Assembly: GCA_965213675.1 (NCBI GenBank)
Contig: OZ243916.1
Span: forward strand, 1,344,001-1,408,000
Source of the DNA: an uncultured Candidatus Binatia bacterium
GTDB lineage: Bacteria > Desulfobacterota > Binatia > UBA9968 > JAJDTQ01
Direction of reading: 5' to 3'
DNA: 64,000 bases
Numbering within the stretch: position 1 is the first letter of the stretch; each line of letters opens with the position of its first letter. A program made the position numbers and the translations under genes. Below, piece after piece: positions 42,311 through 51,831 of the stretch. The notes under the pieces are model-generated. The model did not search any database, had not been told where the DNA came from, and was given only the letters and a program-made list of their open reading frames with translations.

Positions 42311-42438
42311 GTGGTCCCACCTCGGTTCACGCCAGTGCGACAGATCCGGTTTCGAGGCCGGTTCCGCACCGGCGCACTGACGCCTGACGTGCGACACGTC
42401 GCGCCAGACCCCGGTGTGCTCGTGGTGCCTGCCGGCTC

Positions 42439-42963
42439 CTACAGCGGCGGGACGAACGCGCCGAAGATGATGCCGGAGAAGAGGTCGACGGCCAGCGTTT
42501 CTTCGAAGATGAAGTAGAAGAAGCCCAGTGCCAGGGCGGTGATGAAGACGGTTCCCGGCCAGGCGATGTTGCCTTGGTAATGGGTGAAGAAGACCGCGAA
42601 CAGGAAAGTCGAGACATAGAACCCGGTGATGAGGACCAGCACTCCGAACACCGCGAACCATATGAACATGCGGACGATGACAGCGAACTCTCCGGCCTTG
42701 GGGCCTTGCGTGGCTTCCTGCGCTTTGGCGCCTTCCTCTTCGGCACCCGTGGCCGAACTCAGGACATCCTCCAGGCTCACCTCGAAGGCGCTGATGATGC
42801 GCGGATAGCGCTCGCCGGCGAGACAGAGGGCCGCCAGCAGCAGGGTCGGCAACGACAGCACCAAGGGCACGAAGCCCGCCATGCCGCCGTAGGAGAACGA
42901 CCACGCGAAGAACAACCCCGCGGCGGCCACCAGAATCACCCCGAGAAGCGTAGCCCCCTTCAT
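42439..42963 (-). CDS. TctB family small TTT membrane subunit
   Basis: Multiple TM segments; overlaps the tctA stop. Confidence 0.8.
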   Translation of the reverse strand: MKGATLLGVILVAAAGLFFAWSFSYGGMAGFVPLVLSLPTLLLAALCLAGERYPRIISAFEVSLEDVLSSATGAEEEGAKAQEATQGPKAGEFAVIVRMFIWFAVFGVLVLITGFYVSTFLFAVFFTHYQGNIAWPGTVFITALALGFFYFIFEETLAVDLFSGIIFGAFVPPL

Positions 42964-44453
42964 GACGTCGCCTTTCCTTTCCGGCTCGACAGCCACGGCA
43001 GGCAGAGCATGAGGATGCTGAGGATCATCAGCACGACGGTGACGGGACGCGTGAAGAAGATGGCGTAGGTGCCCCCGGAAATCTGCAGCGACTGCACGAA
43101 GGACAGCTCGGCGCGCACCCCAAGAAGAAATCCGATGACCAGCGTGACCAGCGAGAAGCCGAAACGGTTGAACGCAAAGCCCAGAACGCCCGCGGCGATG
43201 GCAATGCCGATGTCCCAGACGTTCTCGCGCGCGGCGTAGGCGCCGCCCACGGACAGCAGGAAGGCGGCCGGCACCACGTAACCCACGCGCAACGTGGTGA
43301 CCCGGGCGAGGATGTCGGCGCCAAAGGCGGCCATGAGGCTCGCCAGGAAATTGGAGATCACGAAGCCGAAGATCAGCACGAACACAATGTCCATGTGCTC
43401 GCGCACGAAGAAGAAACCGGGCTGGAGCCCGTGGAGGATAAAAGCGCCCAGGAGCACGGCCATGCCGGCGCTGCCGGGAATGCCGAAGATGATGGTGGGC
43501 AGCAGCGCGCCGCCGTCCTTGGCGTCGTTGGAAGCCTCGGAAGCGATAATCCCCTCGGGATTGCCGGTGCCGAACTGTTCCCGATTCTTGGAGAACTGCA
43601 CGGTCATGGAGTAAGACAGGAAATTCGCCAGCACCCCGCCGATGCCGGGGATGATGCCCGCAAGGATCCCGATGGCCGCGCTCCGCACCAGCGTGGCCTT
43701 GTAGTGGAACACTTCCAGGAAACCGCGGAAGGCGCCGAACAGGCCGACCTTGATGCGCTCACCGCCCTCGGCGATGGTCTCGCCCCGCAGCACATGGTTC
43801 ACCAGCTCGGCGATGGCGAACAGCCCGATGAAGAAGGGCACCAGCGGGATTCCATCCCACAGGTAGTTGTCGCTGCCGAAGTTGAACCGCAACACCCCGT
43901 GCACCGGGCTGAAGCCGATAAGCGACAGCAACACGCCGATGCCGGCGGACACAAGCCCCTTGAGCATGTTGCCGCGGGCGGCGTAGGCCACCGTCAGGAG
44001 GCCGAAAACCACCAGCATGAAGAACTCGGGCGGCCCGAAGGAGAGCACGATGACCTTCACGAAGGGGATGAGGATCATCAGGAAGCACATGCCCACCACC
44101 GCGCCGAGAAAGGACGACGCCGCGGCCAGTCCCACCGCCCGGCCCGCTTCGCCCCGGCGCGCCATGGGGTGCCCGTCGAAGCAGGTGGCGGCGTTGGGCG
44201 CCTCACCGGGGATGTTCAGCAGGATGGCGGGAACCGAACCCCCTTCGGTGGCCGCCCCCATCATGCCGGCCATGAGGAACATGGCGGTTTCCGCGTCCCA
44301 CCCGAAGGTGAAGGTCATGCCGATGGTCAAGCCCGCGAGGAACAGTCCGGGGAGGGCGCCCAGGATGAGGCCGGAGACGGCGCCCACGGCCAACACCAGC
44401 AGGTTCATGGGATCGCTGAGCATGCCCATGGCCTGGAGAAAAGGTTCCCACAT
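42960..44453 (-). CDS. TctA family TTT permease
   Basis: ILLNIPG....ATCFDGHPMA, ASEASNDA, GIPGS. Confidence 0.92.
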   Translation of the reverse strand: MWEPFLQAMGMLSDPMNLLVLAVGAVSGLILGALPGLFLAGLTIGMTFTFGWDAETAMFLMAGMMGAATEGGSVPAILLNIPGEAPNAATCFDGHPMARRGEAGRAVGLAAASSFLGAVVGMCFLMILIPFVKVIVLSFGPPEFFMLVVFGLLTVAYAARGNMLKGLVSAGIGVLLSLIGFSPVHGVLRFNFGSDNYLWDGIPLVPFFIGLFAIAELVNHVLRGETIAEGGERIKVGLFGAFRGFLEVFHYKATLVRSAAIGILAGIIPGIGGVLANFLSYSMTVQFSKNREQFGTGNPEGIIASEASNDAKDGGALLPTIIFGIPGSAGMAVLLGAFILHGLQPGFFFVREHMDIVFVLIFGFVISNFLASLMAAFGADILARVTTLRVGYVVPAAFLLSVGGAYAARENVWDIGIAIAAGVLGFAFNRFGFSLVTLVIGFLLGVRAELSFVQSLQISGGTYAIFFTRPVTVVLMILSILMLCLPWLSSRKGKATS

Positions 44454-44569
44454 GAATTCGTTCCTCGGACTTGGCCCGTGCGGTTCCCGGCGTTGCGCCG
44501 GGGGCCCGCGTCGTTATCCGCGAAGGCGGCCGGAGCAGGCCCCGGCCGCGGTCGCGTCGAAGCGGGTTG

Positions 44570-45553
44570 CTACTTGGCCTTGGCGGCCGCGCGCATTTCC
44601 GTGAGGTTCGCGCTGAACAGGTCTTCGTAGTACTTCAGGTCTTCGATGACACTCGATCCAGGCCCTTCCACCAGCACGATGGACGACGACTTCTTCCAAT
44701 CGACATAGTCCTTGTCCCGCATGGCCTTGAGCAAAAGGTCCTCGAGGATCTTCGCCCGGTCCTCGGGGATTCCCGGAGGGCCGCCGAAGGCGCGCAGGTC
44801 GCTGAAGTAGAGGTCGGCGCCCATCTCGTAGGAAGTCTGCACGTCGGGTGCGTTGACGGCTCGCTTCCGGTCCAGTTGCACCACCGGACGCAGGTCCGTG
44901 CCGAGATAGGATGTCACCGACGGATGGTCGATGGGCTGCGCCCAGACGTCGAAGTCGCCGCGCAGGAGCGCCGGCAGCGATTCACCCGTGCCACGGTAGC
45001 CGGCCACCACGTTAAAATCGATGCCGAAAGCCTTGGCGGCCAGGAACGAGCCCAACCACCGTCCCACGCCGATTCCCTCAACCCCCCAGGTCACACGCTC
45101 CGCCTTCTGCAGATCCGCGATGGACTTGTGGGGCCCCTTGGCCGACACGTGGAGACCGAAGGCGTCCGCGCCCACCCGGGCGAGCCACGTGTACTTGCTG
45201 GTCTCGAAGCCGACGGGGGTATCCGAGAGCATCTGATCGCCGAGCATCCCGGAGGCCTGGAAGTGCGCGATGGTGTAGCCGTCGGGCTTTGCGCGGTACA
45301 TGAACACCGAGGCGCGGCGGCCGGCGGCGCCGGTCACGTTCTTGACGATCACGTTCACGCCCTTGGGAACGAACTTCTTCATGCTCCGGGCGGTGGCGCG
45401 GGCGATGGAATCGTAACCGCCGCCGGGCGAGAAGGGAACGATGATGCTGATGTTGCGGTCGGGGAACTCGGCGCGCGCATGGGAAAGCGGCAGGGACGCG
45501 GCCAGTCCCAGCACGAGAGCGCCCAACAGGATTCGAGTCGTCAGATTTCGCAT
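44570..45553 (-). CDS. TctC/Bug-family substrate-binding protein
   Basis: Signal peptide, FPDRNI.IIVPFSPGGGYD, NVTGAAG, AKPDGYT. Confidence 0.92.
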   Translation of the reverse strand: MRNLTTRILLGALVLGLAASLPLSHARAEFPDRNISIIVPFSPGGGYDSIARATARSMKKFVPKGVNVIVKNVTGAAGRRASVFMYRAKPDGYTIAHFQASGMLGDQMLSDTPVGFETSKYTWLARVGADAFGLHVSAKGPHKSIADLQKAERVTWGVEGIGVGRWLGSFLAAKAFGIDFNVVAGYRGTGESLPALLRGDFDVWAQPIDHPSVTSYLGTDLRPVVQLDRKRAVNAPDVQTSYEMGADLYFSDLRAFGGPPGIPEDRAKILEDLLLKAMRDKDYVDWKKSSSIVLVEGPGSSVIEDLKYYEDLFSANLTEMRAAAKAK

Positions 45554-45885
45554 GTCATTCCTCCGTCATTACGCTGAAAACCGCTGCAAAAGCGCCTTTC
45601 ACGGCCATTTTTTGCCCGCGATGGGCTCAAGTTGTGTCACGGGTTGCCGATTGGTTGGGATGAAGGCAATAAGCATGACCTTTTATGGAGGTCCCCCGGC
45701 ATTGTCAAGGGTCGTGAAGGATATTTCGTTGGAGCACGCTTTCCGGTGTTGCGCTCTCTCCGCCAAGCGCGGCGAAAACCTTGCCGCCCGAGGGATCCCC
45801 GCGCTCTGAATCAATTTGACTCGGTGGGGCGCAACCGATAAGGTCCACGCTTCACTTGCCCATACTCTTGACGTGAGGTGCGCAC

Positions 45886-46323
45886 ATGGCCGTGAATATC
45901 GCTATTATCGCAGGAAACCTTGGCAGGGACCCCGAGGTCCGATTCACGCAGTCCGGCCGCGCGGTGGCCAATCTTTCGGTCGCCACGTCCGAAGCTTGGA
46001 CCGACCAGGACGGCGCCCGTCAGGAGCGCACCGAGTGGCACAGGGTTGTCGTGTTCGGCAAGACGGCCGAGTCTTGTGGACAGTACCTCGCAAAGGGACG
46101 CCAAGTGTGTGTCCAAGGCAGGATCCAGACCCGCAAGTGGACCGACCAGAACGGCCAAGACCGCTATACCACTGAAATCGTGGCCCAGCGCGTCGATTTC
46201 CTTGGCGGCGGAGGAGGAGGCGCCCGGGCCTCCCAGGAAACCCAGGAAACGGGCTTTGGCGGCTCGTCGCCCGCCTCCTACCCGGCCCAGTCCCCGCCCA
46301 TCGACGACGACATCCCCTTTTAG
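45886..46323 (+). CDS. ssb: single-stranded DNA-binding protein
   Basis: [26 protein letters not shown]-terminal tail. Confidence 0.97.
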   Translation: MAVNIAIIAGNLGRDPEVRFTQSGRAVANLSVATSEAWTDQDGARQERTEWHRVVVFGKTAESCGQYLAKGRQVCVQGRIQTRKWTDQNGQDRYTTEIVAQRVDFLGGGGGGARASQETQETGFGGSSPASYPAQSPPIDDDIPF

Positions 46324-46451
46324 GAGCCTGTCGGGTTTATCGAATCGTGATCGGCCGCGTGAACGATTTCATGCAGGCCCCCCCTGTCCGACTCGCGAAT
46401 TCCTGCGGTGCGGGATCCTCGCGGCAGGTCTCTGATACACTCGACAGACTC
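46324..46451. mobile_element. MITE-like element, copy A
   Basis: Ends GAGCCTGTCGGGTTTATC / GATACACTCGACAGACTC (imperfect TIR); starts right after the ssb TAG. Confidence 0.65.
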
Positions 46452-46650
46452 CCAGCGCCGGCCCTCGTGCTGGCGCGAACTTCGTCAACCCGAAGTGCCG
46501 TTGCGGGATGGACCCGTCGCCACGGCCTGCCTCGATTCACGACTGGAAGGAAAATGACAGCATTTCTTGACGTTTATCAGAAGAAAACACACTTGCCGGT
46601 ATTTTCCACTATTCCGTTGGCAGGTGCCCGTTCTCATCTGGAAACCTGTA

Positions 46651-47523
46651 ATGCCGACAAGGAAGACTCCCCGCCTTTCAAGTCCCTCCAAGAACAAGAT
46701 TCGGGACTTCATTGACGACGAAAAGTCTCTGGGCCGCACCACCAAAGGACAGATCGCGGCAGCCATCGGCATTCGGCCAAGTCACTTCTCCAACCTGTTG
46801 AACGGACGCAATGAATGGAAACTGAACCAACTGGAGAAACTGGCCGAGTTTCTGGGCGTACCCCTCACGCGGCTGTTCGCCGACAGGGACAACGGGAGTC
46901 TGGAACGTCCTTCGCCACGGAGCCGGGAGGCGGAAATCGAGGATAGGCTCCGGCGCGCCCTGAGGGCGGAAGCCAGGGAACTCCGCGCCGGCCTGCGGCG
47001 GGATGTGGACTTCCTGCTGCGCGAACGGCGCGCGGGAAGCGGCGACGCATCAAGCGGCGACGCCTCGCTTGGCGCCTACACCACGGACCGCTCGCCTTCG
47101 GACTACCTGACGGACGAAGACGACCCTCACCACGCGCCGCTCGTGGAGATACGGGAGTCCGACCCGGCCTATGCCGCGCCTCATGCGGCCCCAGCTTCCC
47201 AATCCGTGTGGTTCGGGCTTCACTGGTTGCGCCAGCAGGGGCTGGACTCCACCGAGTGCGTCCTGGTCAGGATTCAAGACGATTCCATGGGGAGCACCCT
47301 CCCGGAGGGCTGTTCCGTGCTGGTGAACCGGAAACAGCGGCAGCGGCGCGTGGGGTGCATCCTGGCACTGCACACCGGCGACGAGCTGTGGGTCCGGCGC
47401 GCGGGGAAGAATGCGTCCGGTGCCTGGACGCTGGAATGCGATCACCCCGACCGTCCGCCCGCAGAGTGGCCTGATGACGCGCAGATCATCGGCGAAGTCC
47501 GCTGGATGGCTCGGACGTTCTGA
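46651..47523 (+). CDS. XRE HTH plus S24-like domain transcriptional regulator (CI/LexA-like)
   Basis: IAAAIGIRPSHFSNLLNG HTH; DSM.STLPEG..VLV; IIGEVRW; start uncertain. Confidence 0.8.
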   Translation: MPTRKTPRLSSPSKNKIRDFIDDEKSLGRTTKGQIAAAIGIRPSHFSNLLNGRNEWKLNQLEKLAEFLGVPLTRLFADRDNGSLERPSPRSREAEIEDRLRRALRAEARELRAGLRRDVDFLLRERRAGSGDASSGDASLGAYTTDRSPSDYLTDEDDPHHAPLVEIRESDPAYAAPHAAPASQSVWFGLHWLRQQGLDSTECVLVRIQDDSMGSTLPEGCSVLVNRKQRQRRVGCILALHTGDELWVRRAGKNASGAWTLECDHPDRPPAEWPDDAQIIGEVRWMARTF

Positions 47524-47625
47524 GCAGAAACACGTACCCAACCTGAACAAGTACCCACCTTGACCCGCTCCCACCGGCTGTAATAGACATGGCTTGTGGC
47601 GGAAACCCTGAAAGGAGAACGAACA

Positions 47626-48537
47626 ATGGGTGAGTTGGTCAAGATCAATGTGGAGAGCGCGGAGGCAGTGCTTGGTCTCCACTGGTTCGTGGCGCGGGAG
47701 GAGGGACTCTTCGAAGAGGAAGGCATGGAAGTGGAGATTTTCTTGCCCGGCGTGCGTGAAACCAGGTTCGCCGACGACGATCCGCGCCGCACCGACCACA
47801 CCTTGGTGCAATCCACCAACTACCAGTTCCTGTACGAGCAGAAAAAAGTGGACATCATGCGCGCCTGTTCCTGGGGACAGGTACGGCGGGCCTACGACAG
47901 CGAGCGCGGCGCCCCCATCTGGACCAAGCGCCCAGCGGTGGTGTGCCAAGGGATCTACGTCCTCCCGGACTCGCCGGTGAACGCCCCCATGCAACTCGCC
48001 AACAGGAGCGTCGGCGTCCAGTACCATCAGGGGTCGCACTACCACACCCTGTCGCTGCTGGAGGGCTTCGTCGCCCGCGACGCAATGAACGTGGTGCACG
48101 CCGGCACGGTGCGGGAACGGTTCGAGGCGCTGGAGAACGGCGAGGTGGACGCGGCCACGCTCATGGAGCCGTGGATTTCGCTGGCCCAGAAACGCGGCTA
48201 CAAGATGATTACCGAAGGCCACTATCTCGGCGTGGAAAACGGACCCGCCGACATGGACCCCGAGTTGCTCAAGCGCATGCTGCGGGCCATCAAGAAATCC
48301 GTCACCTACATCAACAAGAACCCCAGGAAATACATCAAGCACATGCTGGCCGAGATCCCCGAGCACTACGCCAACGAACTCACGCCGGACGACTTCTACC
48401 TGCCGCGGCTGCGCTACGTGGACCCGGAGCCCTACACCGAAGAAGAGTTCCAGCGCCAGTATCAGTGGATGCTCACCTGGAACCTGATCCCCGAGGACGC
48501 GGAGTACACCGAGTTGGTGTGCAACGTGACCGTCTGA
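47626..48537 (+). CDS. SsuA/THI5-like (PBP2 fold) substrate-binding protein without signal peptide
   Basis: VAREEGLFEEEG.EVE, RFEAL..GEVDAATLMEPW; AAAGGAG RBS. Confidence 0.75.
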   Translation: MGELVKINVESAEAVLGLHWFVAREEGLFEEEGMEVEIFLPGVRETRFADDDPRRTDHTLVQSTNYQFLYEQKKVDIMRACSWGQVRRAYDSERGAPIWTKRPAVVCQGIYVLPDSPVNAPMQLANRSVGVQYHQGSHYHTLSLLEGFVARDAMNVVHAGTVRERFEALENGEVDAATLMEPWISLAQKRGYKMITEGHYLGVENGPADMDPELLKRMLRAIKKSVTYINKNPRKYIKHMLAEIPEHYANELTPDDFYLPRLRYVDPEPYTEEEFQRQYQWMLTWNLIPEDAEYTELVCNVTV

Positions 48538-48631
48538 ACCCGCAGGCGCGACCCGCGGCCGCCCTTGGCGGTCCACGTCACGGTGCGGCCAGGGGCGCCT
48601 GCCAGTTCTACGGTTGTGTGGCCGGGCCGGA

Positions 48632-51049
48632 TCAGGAGGCGGGAGCCTGAACTGAGGCGCGGGCCTTTTCGATTTCGGCCCACACACGCTCGGGGGTCAG
48701 CGGCAGGTGGTCGAAGGCGCAGCCCAGGGGCGCCAGGGCGTTCTCCACGGCATTGCAGATGGCGGCCGGCGCGGGAATGGCGCCGCCCTCCCCCACTCCT
48801 TTCATCCCCAAGGGGGTGTACGGCGACGGCGTCACCAAGTGGTCCATGCGCACGTCTGGAATCTCCACCGCGGTGGGCTTGAGGTAATCGACGAAGGTAG
48901 TGGCGTTGAGGTTCCCATCCGCATCGTAGTCGAACTCTTCGAACAGCGCCGCGCCGATGCCATGCGCCGTGGCCCCCTGCACCAGCCCCTCCACGATGGA
49001 CGGGTTCAGCACCGTGCCGCAATCGTGCACCACTCCGTACTTGAGGATGGTGACGCCGCCGGTATCCGGGTCCACCTCCACCACCACGCCGTGGGCGGCG
49101 TTGCTGGCGAATAACTGATTGCGCACGCGGCGGTTCTCGTCGGGAACGTTGGCGAGATTCGAACTGTAGTAGAACCGCCCCTCCAGACCCGGCTCCATGT
49201 CCGGCGGCAACGACAGCAGGTCACGGTAGGCCACGAAGGCCAGCTCGGCCAGGGTCTTGCGATGTTCGTGCCGGTCCCGGGCGCGTACGCCGCCGTCCGC
49301 CAGTTCCAGGTTCTCCACGGGCTCCGCCAACAGGTGCGCGGCCAGGCTCAGCAGCTTGTCGCGCACCTTGCGCGCGGCCCCGAGGATGGCGCCCACGTCG
49401 GTGCCGGCGAACTTGTTCGAGTAATTGCCGGTGGCGTAAAGCCACGGCGTCACCGCGGAGTCGAAGAACGGCGACACCCGCACCCCGTCCATGGCCACGC
49501 CCAACTCGTCGGCGATGATCTGCGCCGCGGCGGTCTCGTGGCCCTGGCCGCTACCTACGTCCCCCAGGAGCGCCAGGATGCTGCCGTCGTGCTCCACCCG
49601 CACCATGGCCGCCTCGGCCGAGCCCGAGGCATTGCGCCGGCCCGACGACAGGATGTAGGCGGACTGATTGGACGTGCTGGGCTCCAGTCCGATGGCGATG
49701 CCGATGCCCAGGTAGCGTCCCTGGGCGCGCGCCTCCCGCTGTTCCCGCAGGAATTCCTGGTAATCGATGAGCGGCAGCAGCTTGTCCAGGGTGCCGCCAA
49801 AGTCGCCGCTGTCGATGAGCGCGCCGCTGGGGCCGGTGTAGGGCATGGCGTCGGGCGGCACGAGATTTCTGCGCCTGAGCTCGATGGGGTCCATGTCGAG
49901 CTGCCGCGCCAGGTAGTCCATCATGCGTTCCATGGCCAGGCACATGAACGGTTTGCCGATGCCCCGGTTGGCGCCGGACGGGCACTTGTTGGTCATCACC
50001 GAGTTGACCTCGTAACGCACCACTGGAATGCGATAGCAATTGGTCAGGTTGCCGAGCTTGAGGATCGAATGCACCGTGGGGTTGAGGACATTGGCGCCCT
50101 CGTCGGCAATGTCGCGCACCTTCATGCCGAGGATGCGGCCGTCCTCGTCCAGGGCCATCTCCAGGTCCATGATGCCGTTGCACGCGTGGATCAGCGCCAT
50201 GAGGTTCTCGCGGCGGTCTTCCAGGTAGCGCACCGGCCTGCCGCCGCTCAGCTTGGAAAGAAGCGAGGCAATGATCAGGTACTGAGCCTTGCGCTTGTTG
50301 CCGAAGCCGCCGCCCACGTCCGGCGTGACGAAACGGATCTGCGCATGGGTGAGACCCAGGCTATGGGCGACAATGGGCATGGCTTGGCCCGGGCGCTGGT
50401 CATTGGACCAGACCGTGAGCTGCTCCCGGTGGTCGTCGTAGACCGCGGTGCAACCGAAGGTCTCCAGCGCCGTGGACGAATAGCGCTGGATGTAGAAGCG
50501 CTTCTTGAAGACATGGACCGCCCGCGCGAACGCCGCGTCCGTGTCGCCGTAATCGAAGCGGTCCTGCCACATGACATTGGTCCCCATGGACTCGAACAGC
50601 AGCGGCGCATCCGCCTCCATGGCCGCCTCGGGGTCCACCGCCGCGGGCAGGGGGTCGTACTCCACCCGGATCTTCTCCAGCGCGTCCTCCGCCAGGTAGC
50701 GGCTGGCGGCCAGAATGGCGGCTACGGGCTCGCCCACGTGGGTAACCTTGCCGTAGGCCAGGCAATAGGCGTCGAGCTGAACCGGTATGGGAATCAGGGA
50801 ACGCAGCGGCTTGGTCATGCGCCCCGCGTCCTCGCCTGTGAGGCCGCACACGACGCCCGGCATGGCCAGCGCCTCGGTCATGTCCACGTTCACAATGCGC
50901 GCGTGGGCGTGAACGCTCCGCAACAGAGCGACATGAAGCGTGTCCGGAAACTTCATGTCGTCGATGTAGGTGCCCCGTCCAGTGGAAAACCGCACGTCCT
51001 CGCGCAGCCGAACCGCGCGTCCCTTCCATTGGGTGGATGAAGGTTCCAT
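48632..51049 (-). CDS. xanthine dehydrogenase family Mo-pterin large subunit
   Basis: GRGTYIDD, RSVHAHA, DVGGGFG, GQGHET, HDCG..NP..VEG..G, KGVGEGG. Confidence 0.92.
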   Translation of the reverse strand: MEPSSTQWKGRAVRLREDVRFSTGRGTYIDDMKFPDTLHVALLRSVHAHARIVNVDMTEALAMPGVVCGLTGEDAGRMTKPLRSLIPIPVQLDAYCLAYGKVTHVGEPVAAILAASRYLAEDALEKIRVEYDPLPAAVDPEAAMEADAPLLFESMGTNVMWQDRFDYGDTDAAFARAVHVFKKRFYIQRYSSTALETFGCTAVYDDHREQLTVWSNDQRPGQAMPIVAHSLGLTHAQIRFVTPDVGGGFGNKRKAQYLIIASLLSKLSGGRPVRYLEDRRENLMALIHACNGIMDLEMALDEDGRILGMKVRDIADEGANVLNPTVHSILKLGNLTNCYRIPVVRYEVNSVMTNKCPSGANRGIGKPFMCLAMERMMDYLARQLDMDPIELRRRNLVPPDAMPYTGPSGALIDSGDFGGTLDKLLPLIDYQEFLREQREARAQGRYLGIGIAIGLEPSTSNQSAYILSSGRRNASGSAEAAMVRVEHDGSILALLGDVGSGQGHETAAAQIIADELGVAMDGVRVSPFFDSAVTPWLYATGNYSNKFAGTDVGAILGAARKVRDKLLSLAAHLLAEPVENLELADGGVRARDRHEHRKTLAELAFVAYRDLLSLPPDMEPGLEGRFYYSSNLANVPDENRRVRNQLFASNAAHGVVVEVDPDTGGVTILKYGVVHDCGTVLNPSIVEGLVQGATAHGIGAALFEEFDYDADGNLNATTFVDYLKPTAVEIPDVRMDHLVTPSPYTPLGMKGVGEGGAIPAPAAICNAVENALAPLGCAFDHLPLTPERVWAEIEKARASVQAPAS

Positions 51050-51106
51050 GAGATCGCCTTTCCAGACAGCCCTGCAGGCCCGCGCCGCGGAAGTCCCCGC
51101 CTCTAG

Positions 51107-51265
51107 GAGTCTGTCGGGTTTATCAAGAATCTACTGCGAGGCAGCGAAATGGGTCCATTCCCGGTTGGATTTTCGTCCAATATTACCAAACTTCTCCTCA
51201 AATCCGCCCGAAACTGGCCTCCATTTCTCTGCCTCTCGCTACGATTCGATAATCCCGACAGGCTC
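51107..51265. mobile_element. MITE-like element, copy B (inverted relative to copy A)
   Basis: TIRs GAGTCTGTCGGGTTTATC / GATAATCCCGACAGGCTC, flanked by CTAG and CTGG. Confidence 0.75.
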
Positions 51266-51303
51266 CTGGTGTCATGTGCCGGGTGCGCCTGCCGGCGCGC
51301 CCA

Positions 51304-51831
51304 TCACCGCGCCCGGACTCTGGGCGCTGCGGCGCGCACCGCCCGAACGATGCCCGCGTAGCCGGTACACATGCACAGGTTGCCGGACAGAGCCTCGCGC
51401 ACCTGGGTCTCGGTGGGGTCCGGGCAGCGATGCAACAGGTCCACCGCCGCCAGCAGCATGCCCGGGGTGCAGAAGCCGCACTGAAGCGCGTGGTGATCCA
51501 CGAAGGCCTGCTGCAACGGGCTCAGCGCCTGCTCCCCGCCGAGCCCTTCCACCGTGACGATCTCGTGGCCGTCCGCCTGGACGGCGAAGAGAATGCACGA
51601 ACGCACCACGTCGCCGTCCATCAACACGGAGCAGGCGCCGCACACGCCGTGTTCGCAGCCCACATGGACACCAGTGAAGCCCGCGTCCTCGCGCAGGAAG
51701 TCCGCGAGGGTCTTGCGCACCTCCACCTCCGCGGCGCAACGGGTCCCGTTGACCGTCACCGAGATGGCGCGCCGGTCGGTCGCTGCGTCCATCCCCCCAC
51801 CCGTCGATCCGTTTTTCAATTCCGACTCCAT
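51304..51831 (-). CDS. (2Fe-2S) small subunit of Mo-hydroxylase (CoxS-like)
   Basis: GCEHGVCGACSV, QCGFCTPG, GNLCMCTGY. Confidence 0.93.
   Translation of the reverse strand: MESELKNGSTGGGMDAATDRRAISVTVNGTRCAAEVEVRKTLADFLREDAGFTGVHVGCEHGVCGACSVLMDGDVVRSCILFAVQADGHEIVTVEGLGGEQALSPLQQAFVDHHALQCGFCTPGMLLAAVDLLHRCPDPTETQVREALSGNLCMCTGYAGIVRAVRAAAPRVRAR

Larger units (their letters stand above)
31004..42369. mobile_element. decayed integrative/conjugative genomic island
   Basis: Bounded by tyrosine-recombinase relics; relaxase, TA pair, restriction genes and lower-GC cargo inside; ends approximate. Confidence 0.75.

Noticed and set aside
41662-42369. Integron integrase with cassette array
   Set aside because: No IntI-specific insertion and no attC-like repeats between the cargo genes
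45886-47523. Prophage (ssb plus CI-like repressor)
   Set aside because: No divergent cro, integrase, replication or structural genes; the ssb looks chromosomal
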